A stretch of DNA of 63,306 nucleotides, counting the filler, from Nemertoderma westbladi (taxonomy: Eukaryota; Animalia; Xenacoelomorpha), in NCBI GenBank assembly GCA_032718475.1. It is 3 parts of 3 records of this genome, joined end to end, with 100 filler letters (N's around TTAATTAATTAA, not from the genome) between each part and the next. Parts side by side here need not be neighbours in the genome. Positions count along the whole stretch, not along the records: positions 15,504 to 46,825 come from JAUCBJ010005568.1; 2 more parts are not named here. One strand, given 5' to 3'. Shown here in pieces: positions 22,703-35,948 of this stretch. Position 1 is the first letter of the stretch; every line of letters begins with the position of its first letter. A program made the position numbers and the translations under genes. The notes under the pieces are model-generated. The model searched no databases. It was given only the letters and a program-made list of their open reading frames with translations, and was not told the DNA's origin.

Positions 22703-23742
22703 TTAAAATGACATTGTCTTGTTGCAGTTCAGTCAGGTAGATAAATAACAGTACCAGGTCAAATTTCGTTTCGAGTCGTTTCGAGTGTTTATTATCGTAA
22801 TATCAATATATTATCAGTGTTTCATTTTTGTAGGCCGACAGGCCGTATATATCAAATTTCCTAATTGATATCTGTAAAGGCCAGGTTAATAGGGTTTAAA
22901 CAATTTATTTCATTTAAAACATTCAACAAAACAGAAGAGCAGTTTTCAGTGGTGGTTTCTAACCAGAGAAATAAACGAAACTTTATTTCACTTGCGGTCT
23001 ATTTGCTCCACCATCTGGTCTGATATCTGGGCAATTTATAAAAAGTATTTAACATATTTTATGAGAAGTATAATATACCTAATTGTTATTTTGCTAGTTA
23101 GCGTGAAATGATATGTGGAAATAAACGATTTTGTTTTTTGCACTAATGTACTAGGCCTATTCATTCATTCATTCAGCCTGTATTTCAAAAAGTAATATTT
23201 TTTACTCATCGCGACGGCTTTCAATCTCAAATCAAAAGACCGATTAAATCTAATACTCTGTAAAAACATAACGGCATAATACAACATCTGGGAGGAAATA
23301 ATATTGGAACAAAAAATTAACAAAACTGAAAATATAATAAGTACTTTTCCTTTATACCTTTTTATATGAATCCTACGAAGCCGCTATTTATTTTAGGTGG
23401 CATAGTTGGCCGCTATCGCCCCCTATCGGTGCTCCATGTTATTTCTTTTATTATTAATTAGTTTTCGAGTAGAACAGTTGTAGGCCTAGTTACCTTCCTG
23501 TATATTTTATTGGTTTGGTTTTTATGTGAATTGCAACTGGTGCGATTATTTGTTTATAGGATTTTGTAATATTGTCAAATATTTAAATACAGCATTTTTT
23601 GTCATTTTCAACACGACTGTGGTTGAACCCTAGAAGTAGTAGCGAAAAACACGTGGAAGTCGGCGTGAATTGTAAATAAAATGGTCATAGAACCAAATAA
23701 ACTATTCTATAAAAACCGTAAAAAGACAATCAATATTAGTAA

Positions 23743-24096
23743 GTTTGGGACTTTACTTGCAGGGACACCCTCGCTCCTTCCTATCTACCCGAGACAAGTA
23801 AATCTGCAGGTGCAGCCGCTTTAATGGCAGAGACCAGTAAAGGCAATAAGTATGCTGCGCTCCAGCACCACCACTTATTCCGCACTATTGCCTTAGAGAC
23901 CTTAGGCCCAATCGGTGCAGAAGGCACCGCAGTACTGCGGGAGATAGGGCGGAGAATCGCCAAGGAAACAGGTGAACCTAGGTCCACAGAATTCCTTTTC
24001 CAGCGGCTCTCAATTGCAGTGGTCAGAGGGAATGCGACATCTGTCCTAGGTACCACCCCCCACCAGGCGGGCCTTGATGAGGTATTCCTACTCTGA
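23743..24096 (+). mobile_element. 5'-truncated CRE-clade non-LTR retrotransposon (restriction-like endonuclease C-terminus)
   Basis: VWDFTCRDTLAPSY...AETSKGNKY...ALETLGPIG...FLFQRLSIAVVRGNATSVLGT. Confidence 0.88.
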
Positions 24097-24114
24097 ATCC
24101 AGGAATTCTCATAG

Positions 24115-24303
24115 GTGTTAATTTATCTCAACTCAGCAGTGAACCCAATATTATATAATATTATGTCACAACAATTTCGTCGGGACTTTCGTCGCGTTTG
24201 TTGCCGGGGTAACCAACAGCGCTTGGCTTTTATCAATCAAAGAACTGTCAATTACAATTCGGAAATGACGAGGCATAGCACACTCGATAGTACAAAACTG
24301 TAA
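24115..24303 (+). pseudogene. Class A peptide GPCR fragment (TM7, helix 8, C-tail; TRHR/GHSR/ETHR-like)
   Basis: [30 protein letters not shown]: NPxxY, FR helix 8, palmitoylation-type Cys; no TM1-6 exons found; inside a TSD-flanked poly(A)-tailed unit. Confidence 0.85.
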
Positions 24304-24984
24304 CCTTGGAGACTTGAGATTACTTTTATAACATTAGATGGATGATTGACCGTCTGTTCGTATTAGAGTATTTCTTACTCTGAGAGAGAATTTGATGTTT
24401 TGCGAATTTTAGCTCCTCTATATACGAACTTTGTACAATATTATGTAGTTAACCGGTTTCTTGTAATTTAGTTTTGCTTTAATGTAACTCAATAAATAAA
24501 ATAAAAATAAAAAAAAAATAAAAAAAAATATTAGTAATAATGATCCTTTTGTACTGTAGTTTTTTTCATAGCCTTTAGTTTTTAAGAGGATACGTTTTCA
24601 TGTTATTGAAAGCTATGCTATCCCTATACATATACTTAACGCTGGCCTGCAAAATAAGAGAGAAATATAATTAATTATAAAGTGGCGAAGAGACTGCTAA
24701 TCTGTAGCTAAGATGATTTCCGTTAGAGTTACTTCGACACAAGAAACTTCGTTATGTAACCCGTCGGACAATATAGTTCTTACTTATACTTCCCTCTCCC
24801 TGGAATATGTATTTACTCTTTAATCGGTAGATTCTGAGAAGATTAAATTAAGTAAAACATCATCTCGTTACATCTCATCTTCATCTTCCATATCGCCGGC
24901 ACAGGCTGGCGGCACTTCCTAAACCTGTTTGTTGGCCGTGACAGTAAAAGTTTGTATTTTGCGTTGTGCCGCCACCATGTCAAC

Positions 24985-25185
24985 CACAATCGGCATGTTG
25001 CAATGCAGCATGCATTAAAGAATGATATGCCGACATATCGACAAAATTACCCCGCCACAACTGCCCATCCCAGAAGAGCTTCGCCCTTCGCGAGAATTGG
25101 TGCATCTTCAACGCCGAGGTATTAAAGAGGCATCTCGAGAACGTCATTGACTGCTATCATTACTTACTTTCTGGCCCATGAGAAG
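24985..25185 (-). mobile_element. RTE LINE 3' fragment
   Basis: atcggcatgttgcaatgcagc...tcgacaaaatt...cgccacaact matches 4820-4900 and 22240-22270. Confidence 0.7.
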
Positions 25186-27559
25186 TAGGCCTACCAGACG
25201 TTCTGCACACAGTATTTTAGTGTACTGTGCAGTTTACCCCCACGTGAAGAATACTACTGTAGGACTTCACAAAAATCCCAGGTTAAAGAAGGGCTGAATC
25301 TAACCAAAACTTTACGAATTATGTAGTATCTATACAGGTACTGTAGGCCTAATACGATAGAAATAAGCGCCATATGAAACACTTAGGAGAAATGGGTGGA
25401 TCTAATGGAGAAACATAATGGCTGCTGTACAACGATGCAGCACCCAATGGCTATGTGTGACGAAGCCAAAAATTATATTTTGGGGGTGGGGGGGATAAAA
25501 GAGGGCAATTCTTTAATTATTTTATAAATAGCATGATGTAAATAAAATAGATCTAGAATTATAAGTATTTAAACAGATTAATTTAATCAAATGCAACAAA
25601 CTAACTGACTAATTTAAATGTTGTTCAAACATTTAAATCATTTCGCAAGGGGGTGGTGTCAGGAAACTTAAGAAAGACAAGATTGCTTTACTCAAATCTT
25701 TTCTAGGGGCCAAGGCCGGGTATAACTTTTCGCCGTATCCGTATCCGTTATCCTCGGCGGGTTATACCCGCCTAGGCCTACGTCATAACAGTTAAACTTG
25801 TTGAAACTGAAAGAGAAAAGGGAAGAAATGTTTTTCAAATGAAATGAAAGGAAACAAATTAAATTTTTGAATAAAAGTTTTACTTTTTTTCCATGTAATA
25901 ATAATTATTTATTAGGCCTGATTGGGAAAAGCAGTATAACGTTTTTTCACTATTCTCCAGGAATTTTATTTACCGAGCGTCTTCGGCGAGGTTAATAAAG
26001 GGTTGAGAGATTATTGAAAAAAAATTGTTCTACGTTTTTTTGTGCTCTTCTACTCCTGATGCTGCCTTACTCAACGTTAAAATAATTTAGTGTTCTCGAA
26101 TATTTATTACGTAACTAGAGAGCCGCTTAACTACATAAATCAATATTGGATATTGAGTTCCGTTTTGGAGTTCGCCTTGCAGTCACTAAAGTTGCAATAA
26201 CTTTTTAGTGCGTGCATGGATTTTGCTCAAATTACGTGCAAACCTATTCTACGTCGATGCTCTTTCAATACATTTATTTAATAAAATGTAAGAAATTCCA
26301 CTAAAAATATTTTATTTGACTTTTTTCGCAGGGAAAAAAGTACAATCAATGCAATCCTATTTATTACCTGTACTTTTTTCCCTAGGGAAAAAAGTAGACA
26401 TTTAGTATTTCTCTCGACTTTGAGGTATATTCGAGCGAAACAGTAACAATTCAAGAATAAAACTTATTAATCTAATTCGAATTTCAACAACATACTGCGG
26501 TAAGCCCCGGATTGGCTCCGGATTAATTTGCCCGAGCCGGAACCAGAGCCGGAGCCAGAAAATTGGCCCAGAGCTCCGGAGTCGGAGCTCTGTTACATCC
26601 CTAATCTACACAACAGTGGTAATAATATTCGGTTCTTCCTTACAACACACAAAGAATAAAAAGTAGACTAAAAATTCACGTCTATTAATTACCAAGTCTC
26701 TTTGTTTTCATTGGATAATTTAGATATTTCACAATAGTAAGCTACCATCTACCGGTGAAGTTGTATGAGTTAAACAAAGCTGATAATTTATAATTGTTTC
26801 TTAAAAACAACAAGCAAATTATTGACAATTAGTCCACACCCCCCTTGTCAACGTGTTAGAACATGAAATTTCCTTGCGCTCTCGTTATCAAAGACAATTC
26901 TGGAAATTGAGAATCGATAAAAACCCTACCTATTTCCTTGTAAAGAATTTTTGAACCCATTTCCTTATAGGGGCTGCTACCAGAGTAGACACTGACAGGT
27001 CCAACAGTGCATTGAACTGCACCACTACAACTACAGTACTAGTCCCATAGTATTCTGAATTACGAATTTGAATTTCGTATTTTAATATATTTTGATGAAT
27101 TTGATATATATTTTTTGATATTATTCATCAATGTCATTATATTATTATTATGACTTAATTGTTATTATTATCATGAATTAAACATAACACATTGTTGTTC
27201 GCGCAACATTATGACTTGAAGAATACAGTATGTGGTAACATATAACACTACTGTGGAGGTAGTAGGGTACATTTCTGTTGATATCGTATTTATGCGATTG
27301 TGCACACTGTACTACTATACCTCACCGTTTGAAATATGTACTAATGATAACCGTTGTATATGCGTAGCCACGGGTAGCACCTGTGCGTAGTTATGCATAG
27401 CACCTACGCGTAGTTATTGGTAAAAGTCTGAAACTGATGATATATGACCCAATGTGTTGAACTACGCGTAGCGTGAGCAATTCATGCTGAGCTGAATTGT
27501 GGTGCATACGACTGTACGATTACGAATTGAACGAGTGCCTTCGAATCGAACTGCTCATC

Positions 27560-28620
27560 TATGCTCCCAGCGCCAGCACAGACCTGCAGACTCACACCGG
27601 TATGGTACCGCGGTACCGTTACTGACTGACTTCTGCCTTCCAGCCTCCAGTCTTTGCTCTACGCCAGTCAGTCAGTCTGCCAGTGGACCGGCATTCAGTC
27701 TGCCAGTACTGTAGCCTATAAGTTAGGCCTAGGTGCTAGGTCTGCAGGTTTGAAAAAAACTTAATTTTAACACTTGAATGTCAGACAGTGGACTGGACAG
27801 TCCTTTGGCAGTTTCAGTTTGGTGCCAACGAAGAAATTAACGTACCGGTACGATAATTCAAGAGACAGACAGACAGAGAGACATACTGCAGTACAGCTGA
27901 CAGTGTGACAGTGGAGAGAGCAAGACAGGTTAGTCATAGCCACATAGTCAGTTACCGGGGTACCAGTCAGCCAGTATCAGTCGGGGAGAAGTTCTATTTT
28001 CAACTGAGTCTGTGAGTTGAAATTTCAACTTTATTTTTTTCAAATTCAACTTTTCAGACTTTTTACTAGGCACTTAGGCCTAAAATTCAACTTTTGGAGA
28101 AGGGTTTAAAATTCAACTTTTTTTTAAAGTTCAACTTTTGGAGTAGGTTTGGAAATACTGAAATATGGAATTGGAATCCATTACCGGTACTGCCAGCATG
28201 TACGCGTACCGTACTGCCGTATGCCGTACGGGTACGACCGTCACTGACCGTACCTTTTCAGCTTGTAGTGTTGTAGGGTACTGCAGTACTGCGGTAGGCC
28301 TACCGACAGACCGGGTACCATTATTCTATTTTGTAAAAAGCGTGTGGTGTTGGCTGGTTGGTGGTTGGCGAAAGCTGTTACTACTGTACTACTACTACAG
28401 TCTGACAGTACTAACCAGCAACCAATCTCTTTCAGCCAGTCAGCTCTGGAATTAGCACCAATCGGATCGTAACTTCCGACGCTTTGTGCCAGCACGGCAG
28501 TGCAGCAGTGGGCTGGGCGACGCCCGACGCGTACCGGTACGCCAAGCTAAGAAAAGCTTTGAAAGATCAGTTGCAGAAAAGTGCAAAGCCAACTGACTGA
28601 CCAATCCCTAGGCATTTTTG
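27560..28620. promoter_or_regulatory. Promoter-like low-complexity island with no assigned gene
   Basis: Same vocabulary (TACCGGTA, TAGGCCTA, CAGT) and CpG richness as the UBE2W/TOP3A 5' regions; candidate donors at about 27595 (minus) and 27929 (plus). Confidence 0.45.
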
Positions 28621-28705
28621 TCCTACAGTCCTATGTTAACTCCAAACCCAAGTCAAAGACGTGTATAGCTGTATAGTATAGGTCCCCTAAAGGCAGAAAG
28701 GTGAA

Positions 28706-29061
28706 AGGCCTGTTTACACGTGGCAACTTTTAGAGCAACTTTCTCGGAAACTAGCAACTTTTTTTGGAGCAACTTAATTCAATGGTTGTTTACACATGGC
28801 AACTTTACCAGCAACTTTACCAGCAACTTGGCCGGCAACTTTTAGAGCAACTTGGCTAGTTTGACTGTAAAATAGTGGGTTTTTGATAGTTTAATTTGAT
28901 TATTCGTCAACGCAAATTCCTTCAAGTTGCCGTAAAAGCTGCTCAACTTTTACAGCAACTTTTATTAGCGTGTTTACACGGAGCAACTTGATGGGCAACC
29001 TGGGTTGCTCTACAAGTTTCCGAGAAAGTTGCTCTAAAAGTTGCCACGTGTAAACAGGCCT
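28706..29061. mobile_element. Palindromic MITE, Harbinger-like
   Basis: About 45-bp TIR AGGCCTGTTTACACGTGGCAACTTTTAGAGCAACTTTCTCGGAAACT, internal GCAACTT repeats. Confidence 0.88.
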
Positions 29062-29199
29062 TAAGAAGCAGTTCGAATGAAACCATAAGTTCTCCCTCTG
29101 GGATGTCTGAGTTACTGAGTGAGACTTATGCAACTGTTTTCTCTATAAACACTGCCACTAGCTGACTAGTGACAGTGAACTCCCTGATTTCGTACCAGA

Positions 29200-30790
29200 C
29201 GACAACTCTGCAATTGGACCTATCGAATCTGTAGATTTGCCTCTCGTGCTCTCGACCAAATACTCTGAGCTCCCTGATGGTCTTCACAGTCGTGTACTGA
29301 AAGAACTAGCAAACGTTATTGCATACGGTACCATTGTAAACTTATTTTAGAATCATCTTTCGAGTCAGGTGAAATCCACTTGATTGGCTAGAGGCAATTT
29401 TTTCACTAGTTCTCAAAAAAACAACCGAAGTGCTTACCAGAGGAACTATCGTCCGGTGTCATCACTGTATGTATGTATGTGTCACACTTTGAAGGTCACC
29501 AATAGTTTACGGATGCCCAATATGGTGGTAGAGCACATATATCAACAGTAACCCAATTGTTAGAGGTATTTGAAGATCTTTCTGCTATATTGATAATACA
29601 GAAGTTTAAGGTGCGGATGTCATTTACATTGATCTTTGATGGGCATTCATTATTCGACACTGTATCACAATCACACACACTCCCTAATGCACAAACTGCA
29701 TAGTTGTGGTGTAAGAGATAAATAAACTCGCGACATGGATAAATAATTTATTGACCAATAGCTGAATAGAACTGTTCGTCTGTTCGAACTGTTCGTGAGT
29801 CCGTGTTGGAGATATTCAAAGTGAGCCAGTAGTTTATCTAGTGGGGTCCCACAAGGAACAGTTACTGCGGCGATCCTCTTTCTCGCATTTGTCAACGATG
29901 TTCCTGGTATTGTATCTTCCCTGTGTACAGCTGTACAGTACAGTTACAGTGTAAGATCTTTGTTGATGACACTAAGATGTATAGTATAGACCCATTCATA
30001 ATATCGATGATGGTGAGTCCTTGCAAGTTGACTTAGGTTTAATTCTAGCCTGGTCCAATCGTTGGAACCTCCAATTCATCAGCACAAAGTGTAAGGTAAT
30101 GCACCTGGGGTATAGGAACACATTATCTACATATTTTATTATATTCTAGACCAGGGAATCACTTTCACCTCCGATGTTTCCGTTGCCATTTTCAACTCAC
30201 TGTTCCCAGACAGCAGCCCGTGCTATGCGTGCAGTTCACCTTATCCGACGAACTTTCACCTACTTGCAGGCTTGGAACCCTCCATGTTCACCATACTGTA
30301 TAAGTCGCTTGTCCACCCTCTCCTAGACTATGGTACTTTGGTTTGCCAAACCACTGGTTTGGTCTCTCTTTCTTCAGCGCGACATTGATATTATCGAGCA
30401 AGTTCAACACAGAGCTACTAGACTCATCCAATCCCTACGAGATCTACCCTATGAGAGTATGAGGACCGGTTGAAGTCGCTTAAGTTTCCCACACATGGTA
30501 GAATTCGCGTAGACTTGATATCGACATACAAATTTCTTCATGGGATCAACAATATAGATCGCAGTAACTTCTTTCAGTTTAGGAGTAAACTACATAATTA
30601 TATAACATGTGGCTCATCACTCGCCCTGTACAAACAATCGGGCTGTAGATCATTACATATGTGTAATAGTATTAACTTTGCAGATCGCGTCGTGAATACA
30701 TGGAACCTCCTATCACTATCAGAGTCAGTGGTGAATGCGTGGGACATAAACGGTAACCCTTGTCTGAATATGTTTAAAACTATATAATAT
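29200..30790 (+). mobile_element. Decayed CR1-group LINE
   Basis: Frameshifted remnants PDGLHSRVLKELAN, NYRPVS, SGVPQGTV, FVDDTK, IEQVQHRATRLIP, DLISTYKFLHG, RVVNTWNLL. Confidence 0.85.
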
Positions 30791-31849
30791 AAAATATTTA
30801 TTTTTAATTACTTTACCTGTCCTGTATAAATATGTGTTTCATCTGTTTTTAGCGTGTACAATCTTAATTGATTTTCTAATTGACTTTTAAAATGTGTTTT
30901 ATTTGCTTTTGTACTACTGTAGACCTATATAATATATGTACAGTAGGACATAGTGTACTTTGCCAGGTCTGTTTCTGTTTTGTTTACAATATATAGCCTA
31001 CAATTGAATTTTTATTGTTCTGGCGACATTGATAACATAACAATCACATTATTCCTATTTAACACGAGTCAATGCAGCAATGACAGAATGGCAGAATTAT
31101 ACATTTATATAGGAAGGGATCTAGGGGTCTTTACCTCGAATGATAAGTTTATTTTACCGAAAATAACTTATCTTTTATTGGCGCAATTGTAGGACTAATC
31201 CCATCACATGCGTACTTTATACTTACTTGCATAATAACAAACACCTCGAAAAATACAGCTTGCCAACACATTGTTACTATCAATAATCAAAAAGAATGGC
31301 AGAATGGAATACCCCTACCGGTAGGCTATTGCCAGATTGGTAACTTGTAAAATTTCAGCTTCAGGTTACAGGTACCGGTACCTTTATTCCAAATCTTGTT
31401 TTTACACTAAGTCCCAAGTCATCCAAGTTAATGTAGAATGTAGGGCTCGATCAGAGTTGGGATTTGGCCGGAGTCTGGAGAATTTGGCCGGAGCCGGAGT
31501 TTTTCAAAAATTTAATTATTTATTTGAAAAAAGAAAGTACTTTGGTTGCCAATTGCTCTTAGGCCTAATTAATTTCACAATTTACAGATTTACAAGTTAC
31601 CAATATTCCATTCTCATTGATTATGTGTTAAATAGGAATAACGTGATTGGTTGCTGCTTAGTAGCAGCTCATTTCAACCACATCACTTGTTTTATACAAA
31701 TTGGAATAAAATTAACTGGAAAAGCCTCGATCTAAGCACTAGTGCCATTTTGTCAGGCAGGGGGCAGGGACATGTTCAAATACCTCCCTAAGTGCCCATA
31801 TGCCTAGGCTGTCTTCTTCCTCCCTTATCTTATCTAGGACATTAATAAT

Positions 31850-32730
31850 TGTGGGGCGAGCCACATAAGTCCAGATGAGCCTTAGCGCAGGGGTATAATT
31901 AGTGGAGCCGTCTGTCGTTGTCGTTGTCGTAATACGTAAGGGAAAGGCATGGGCAGCCTTGAATGGGCTTTCCAGGATTTTGAAGTCACCGAGAATTAAT
32001 CGGAAACTTAAGGTCCGATTATTTAGAGCAGCCGTAATTCCAGTACTCCTCTATGGGAGTCCATGCTGGGCTCTAACTTCTGAGGACACCAAATCTCTGG
32101 ATGGCACATTCACAAGAATGCTATGCCGGGTTCATTGTTTTAAGTACAATGCACACATCTCCAACCAGACACTATATAACATTGGAGGTGTCTCATTCGT
32201 AAAGGACACTGGCTGACTGGCCTTGAAGATGCGGATGATCTAGCAAATGTCATGGGTGATGGGGAGTTGTGGCGGTGCAATTTTGTCGATAAGCCGGCAG
32301 AGCATTCTTTAAAATGCAGCTGCAATGCAGCATGCCGATCCTAGTAGTAGTAGTAGTAGTCGTTGTCGGAAATGTTTGAACGCTAATAAGTCGATCAAAC
32401 ATGGATGAAATTTAACCAAACTTGGTACACATATAGTCTATAAAAAGTTTAGAAATTGTACAGTGAGACAGACTTCTGCTGTTCATCTGTCTGCCGTTGA
32501 CGGAAACATAAAAGTAGCTGTAATTATAGAACCAACAATCAGAATCATCCGAAATGTGGTAGTAGTAACCTACAGGAATTGCTGATAAAGATATTCTTCT
32601 CACAGACACACTTTTACAGTTCCTCTGTCTGCCGCTAGGGGGTGAATGAGTAGGTCCAATAATTGTACATATACGCAAAGGCGCATCTGAACTTACGTGC
32701 TACGCGAAGTCCCCACGAACGTGCATTGTA
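31850..32730 (+). mobile_element. Non-autonomous dispersed element starting TGTGGGGCGAGCCAC (Crypton-like, class uncertain), interrupted by RTE
   Basis: Same head at 59082, 61986, 62711 and inverted at 35150-35170; tail CCCCACGAACGTG at 32711 and 62312. Confidence 0.6.
31930..32358 (+). mobile_element. 5'-truncated RTE LINE with TSD
   Basis: RKGKAWAALNGL..KVRLFRAAVIPVLLYGS..W; (TAG)n tail; GTCGTTGTCG at 31920-31929 and 32359-32368. Confidence 0.9.
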
Positions 32731-33481
32731 TGTTTTATTGCGATAAAATTAATATTATTGCAATGAACTTAATACTATTGCAATAAAATTAATATTACTG
32801 AAATAAAATTAATATTATTTATTGCAATAAAATTAATATTATTGCAATAGGCTTATTATTGCAATACAATTAATAGTCCTATTATTGCCATAAAATTAAT
32901 ATTATTGCTAAAAAAAAAATAATAATATTGAGTTAAATTTTTATTATTGGGAAAAGGTAATTTTATTGCATAAAAATTAAGTTTATGTTGTAAGCTGCTC
33001 TCAGAAACACCATACATTGTATATATACCTATATGATAGAACCTTTTGAAAAAGTTTTATTGTTGTGTTTTTCAATTAAGCACAATGTGTAAGACTATAA
33101 TAATCTCTATTAGTGTATTGTATATATATCTTATCATACCATTGGCTGGATGTGTAGGAAATTTTATTGGTTCAAATTTTATATACATCAGTCACTCGGA
33201 TTTGGGGCAGTTAATACAAGGCAGTTACACAGTAGGCTCTCCTGCGGTGGCTGAACAAATTCTGTACTTTATTCTACTAACGCCTCAGGATATCAGTGCA
33301 GTCCTAGGACAGTTTTCCATGGCTCCAGTGCCCTATGTTGACCATATGTAGGCGGGAAATTTGAATTTATAGGAACTGTATATCAAATGTTTGATGTAGG
33401 TTAATAAGTAGGTACCGGTCTGCCGGTACCTGCTATTGTACTTGTAGTAGTAACTGCTATGTACAACCTCGCTGTATAATC

Positions 33482-34695
33482 ATGGATAAGAGTTACCCTA
33501 AACGTCAGATACGTCCACTGAAGATATCTGGAGGGAATAATTCCGGACTTTTAAACAGCAATAATACCGGTACCGGTAGCGACGGTTGGAAGGAGATCAA
33601 AGTCAACGAGGATGAAGTCGACGGCGTTAATTATACGTTTAGAGGAGGAAATCTACCGCTGAGTGGATGGAATGGAATCGATACATACGATGTAGACATG
33701 GGTGGTTATGTGGACCTATATATAACAGATTCTTTAGTTGACCTGCTTTGTAAATGTACGAATGATAAAATAAAGGCGACGGAAAGTAAACCCGATGATC
33801 CACAGCCAAGCACAAGTGGAGGGTCTGATGTTCGAAAGATCAAAGATGTTACACAACTAGAAATGAAAGCCTTTCTTGGTTTGACTATTCTAATAGCATG
33901 TGCAAGGAAGAATAAAATTCGTGATTACTGGAGGGTTTGCATCACCAATTGCCACCCCGTATTTTTATTCGGTCATGAGTCGAGATAGGTATCTACAGAT
34001 ATTAAAATTTCTCACGTTTTCTGACCCAAATAAGGTATATAAGCATGATCGATCCACACGTCTCCATGACTTTTTGGAATTACTACATGACATTCTGAAA
34101 ATCTATATACCAGAAGTGGAGCTTTCATTGGATGAATCATTATTATTATTCAAAGGACGATTGGGATTCAAACAGTTTATTCGCACTAAACGTTCATATA
34201 TATATAAATAATATATATATATATATATCGGTTATATTGTATATCGTGTATCTGTATGTATATACTGTATATTGTGTATCGGTTATGTTATATTTATCTT
34301 GTAATATACATTATACATACAGATACACGATATACAATATAACCGATATATATATATATATTGGTTATATTGTATATCGTGTATCTGTATGTATATATAT
34401 TGTGTATCTGTTATGTTATATTTATCTTGTCAAATATCGAGAACTGTATGACATACTAAATATGTCAATTATATGCACTGTCATGACATACCAGGTATGC
34501 CATGTCTTAACATACCTGGTATGTCATTACGCAATCACAGAATGCCCTATGACGTTTTTTTGGGTCTCCCACATCTCTAGATGCATGAAGCCGAAATACT
34601 GAAGCAATTTAAAGAGGGTTGTAAGCATTTCAAATCGGCTCAAACTTCCCAGTGCTTTCGCAGGACACTTTTATTCTGCTACAGGACGGAAAGGG
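33482..34695 (+). mobile_element. piggyBac transposase remnant (PGBD4-like), frameshifted and internally deleted, right TIR intact
   Basis: EMKAFLGL..IRDYW, TPYFYSVMSRDRYLQILKFLTF, LSLDESLLLFKGRLGFKQFIRTKR; AGGACGGAAAGGG|TTAA at 34683-34699. Confidence 0.88.
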
Positions 34696-35948
34696 TTAAT
34701 CCTATGAGAAGGCTGAAACGACACCCCAATTGGGTTTTTGCCCCCCGTCCACTCCCAGTGTAACATTCTATCTGATTAGCCTACAGCAACAACTACTCCT
34801 GCCGCTAGCAGCTCCATACCAGTTTAGTGCGTAGATAATATGTTGACCAATAATATGTTGACCAATATCTTACTTCAAATAATTAATTTCCTTTAAAAGA
34901 CAGAAGCTTGAAAATGCTGTTTTTACCGCAATTAATTAATTAACTAATTAACTTCTTTTATCTTAGCTTATCGAAAGCCACACGTAAATTGTACTTAGAA
35001 AATTTCTAAACTTTTGCCAAACAACATATGTACCAAGTTTGGTTACATTTCATCGGGGATTGCTCGAGTCATTAACGTTCAAAATTGGAGACAACAGTAC
35101 GACAGGTTGATTAATGGTACCCCTAGCGCCCTAGGCTAAGGCTCACCTTACTTCGTGGCTCGCCCCACAGTCTGGCATTCCGTAATAAATAACTTTTTTG
35201 AAATTTTTTTATTATTTTTTTCAAATTAGTGCCTACAGTATTTAGTACAGAAATGCATTTGAAATATTTTTGTTTGGTGTGGAACATAATTCAGGGTTAA
35301 AAAGGGTTAGGAGCTTCATGTAATATGTTACTGATATCCCAATTAAAACGCGATATTACTGGACATTGTGTGTTTAATGAGGTCAAGCTGTATCGGGCAG
35401 TAATTTAATACAATCGCTGAATTGGTTGCTAAGCGCCTGTTTCTCCTAGATTCAACACTAAAGTTTTATTAGAAATCCGTATGATGACAGTTTCTTGAGT
35501 GCCTTGTGAACATATTGATTCGTCTGGGTTGCTTACTTTAAAGTTTAAAAGAGTTGATTTCCCTAATTATACATCCAATTACGGTGACATTGTTATCTAC
35601 AACGTGTTCCTAGTGTACCCCTTACGCTCATTATCTCTCGTTTACCTTAGGGGTGCTCATTTATATTGTCAGCCAGAGGCAAACACTCAGTACACATCGA
35701 ACCCAAATGCCGACAAATTAGTACTTTGATTTCGTCCAGCCATCCAACTCATTGGCACAGTGCCAAGCACAAGTCATTGTTCCTTTCGCTCCATGTGGGA
35801 TCTAAAATTACTCAATTTGGAACTCCGTTAGGATAAATATGATTGCTGATCTGAAATCATGAATCTATGTGATCTTCAGTAGTAGGCTACTGTATTCGGT
35901 CACTAAATAAATAATAAGAGTTAATAGGTAAGGTAGTGTGTAAGTTAC

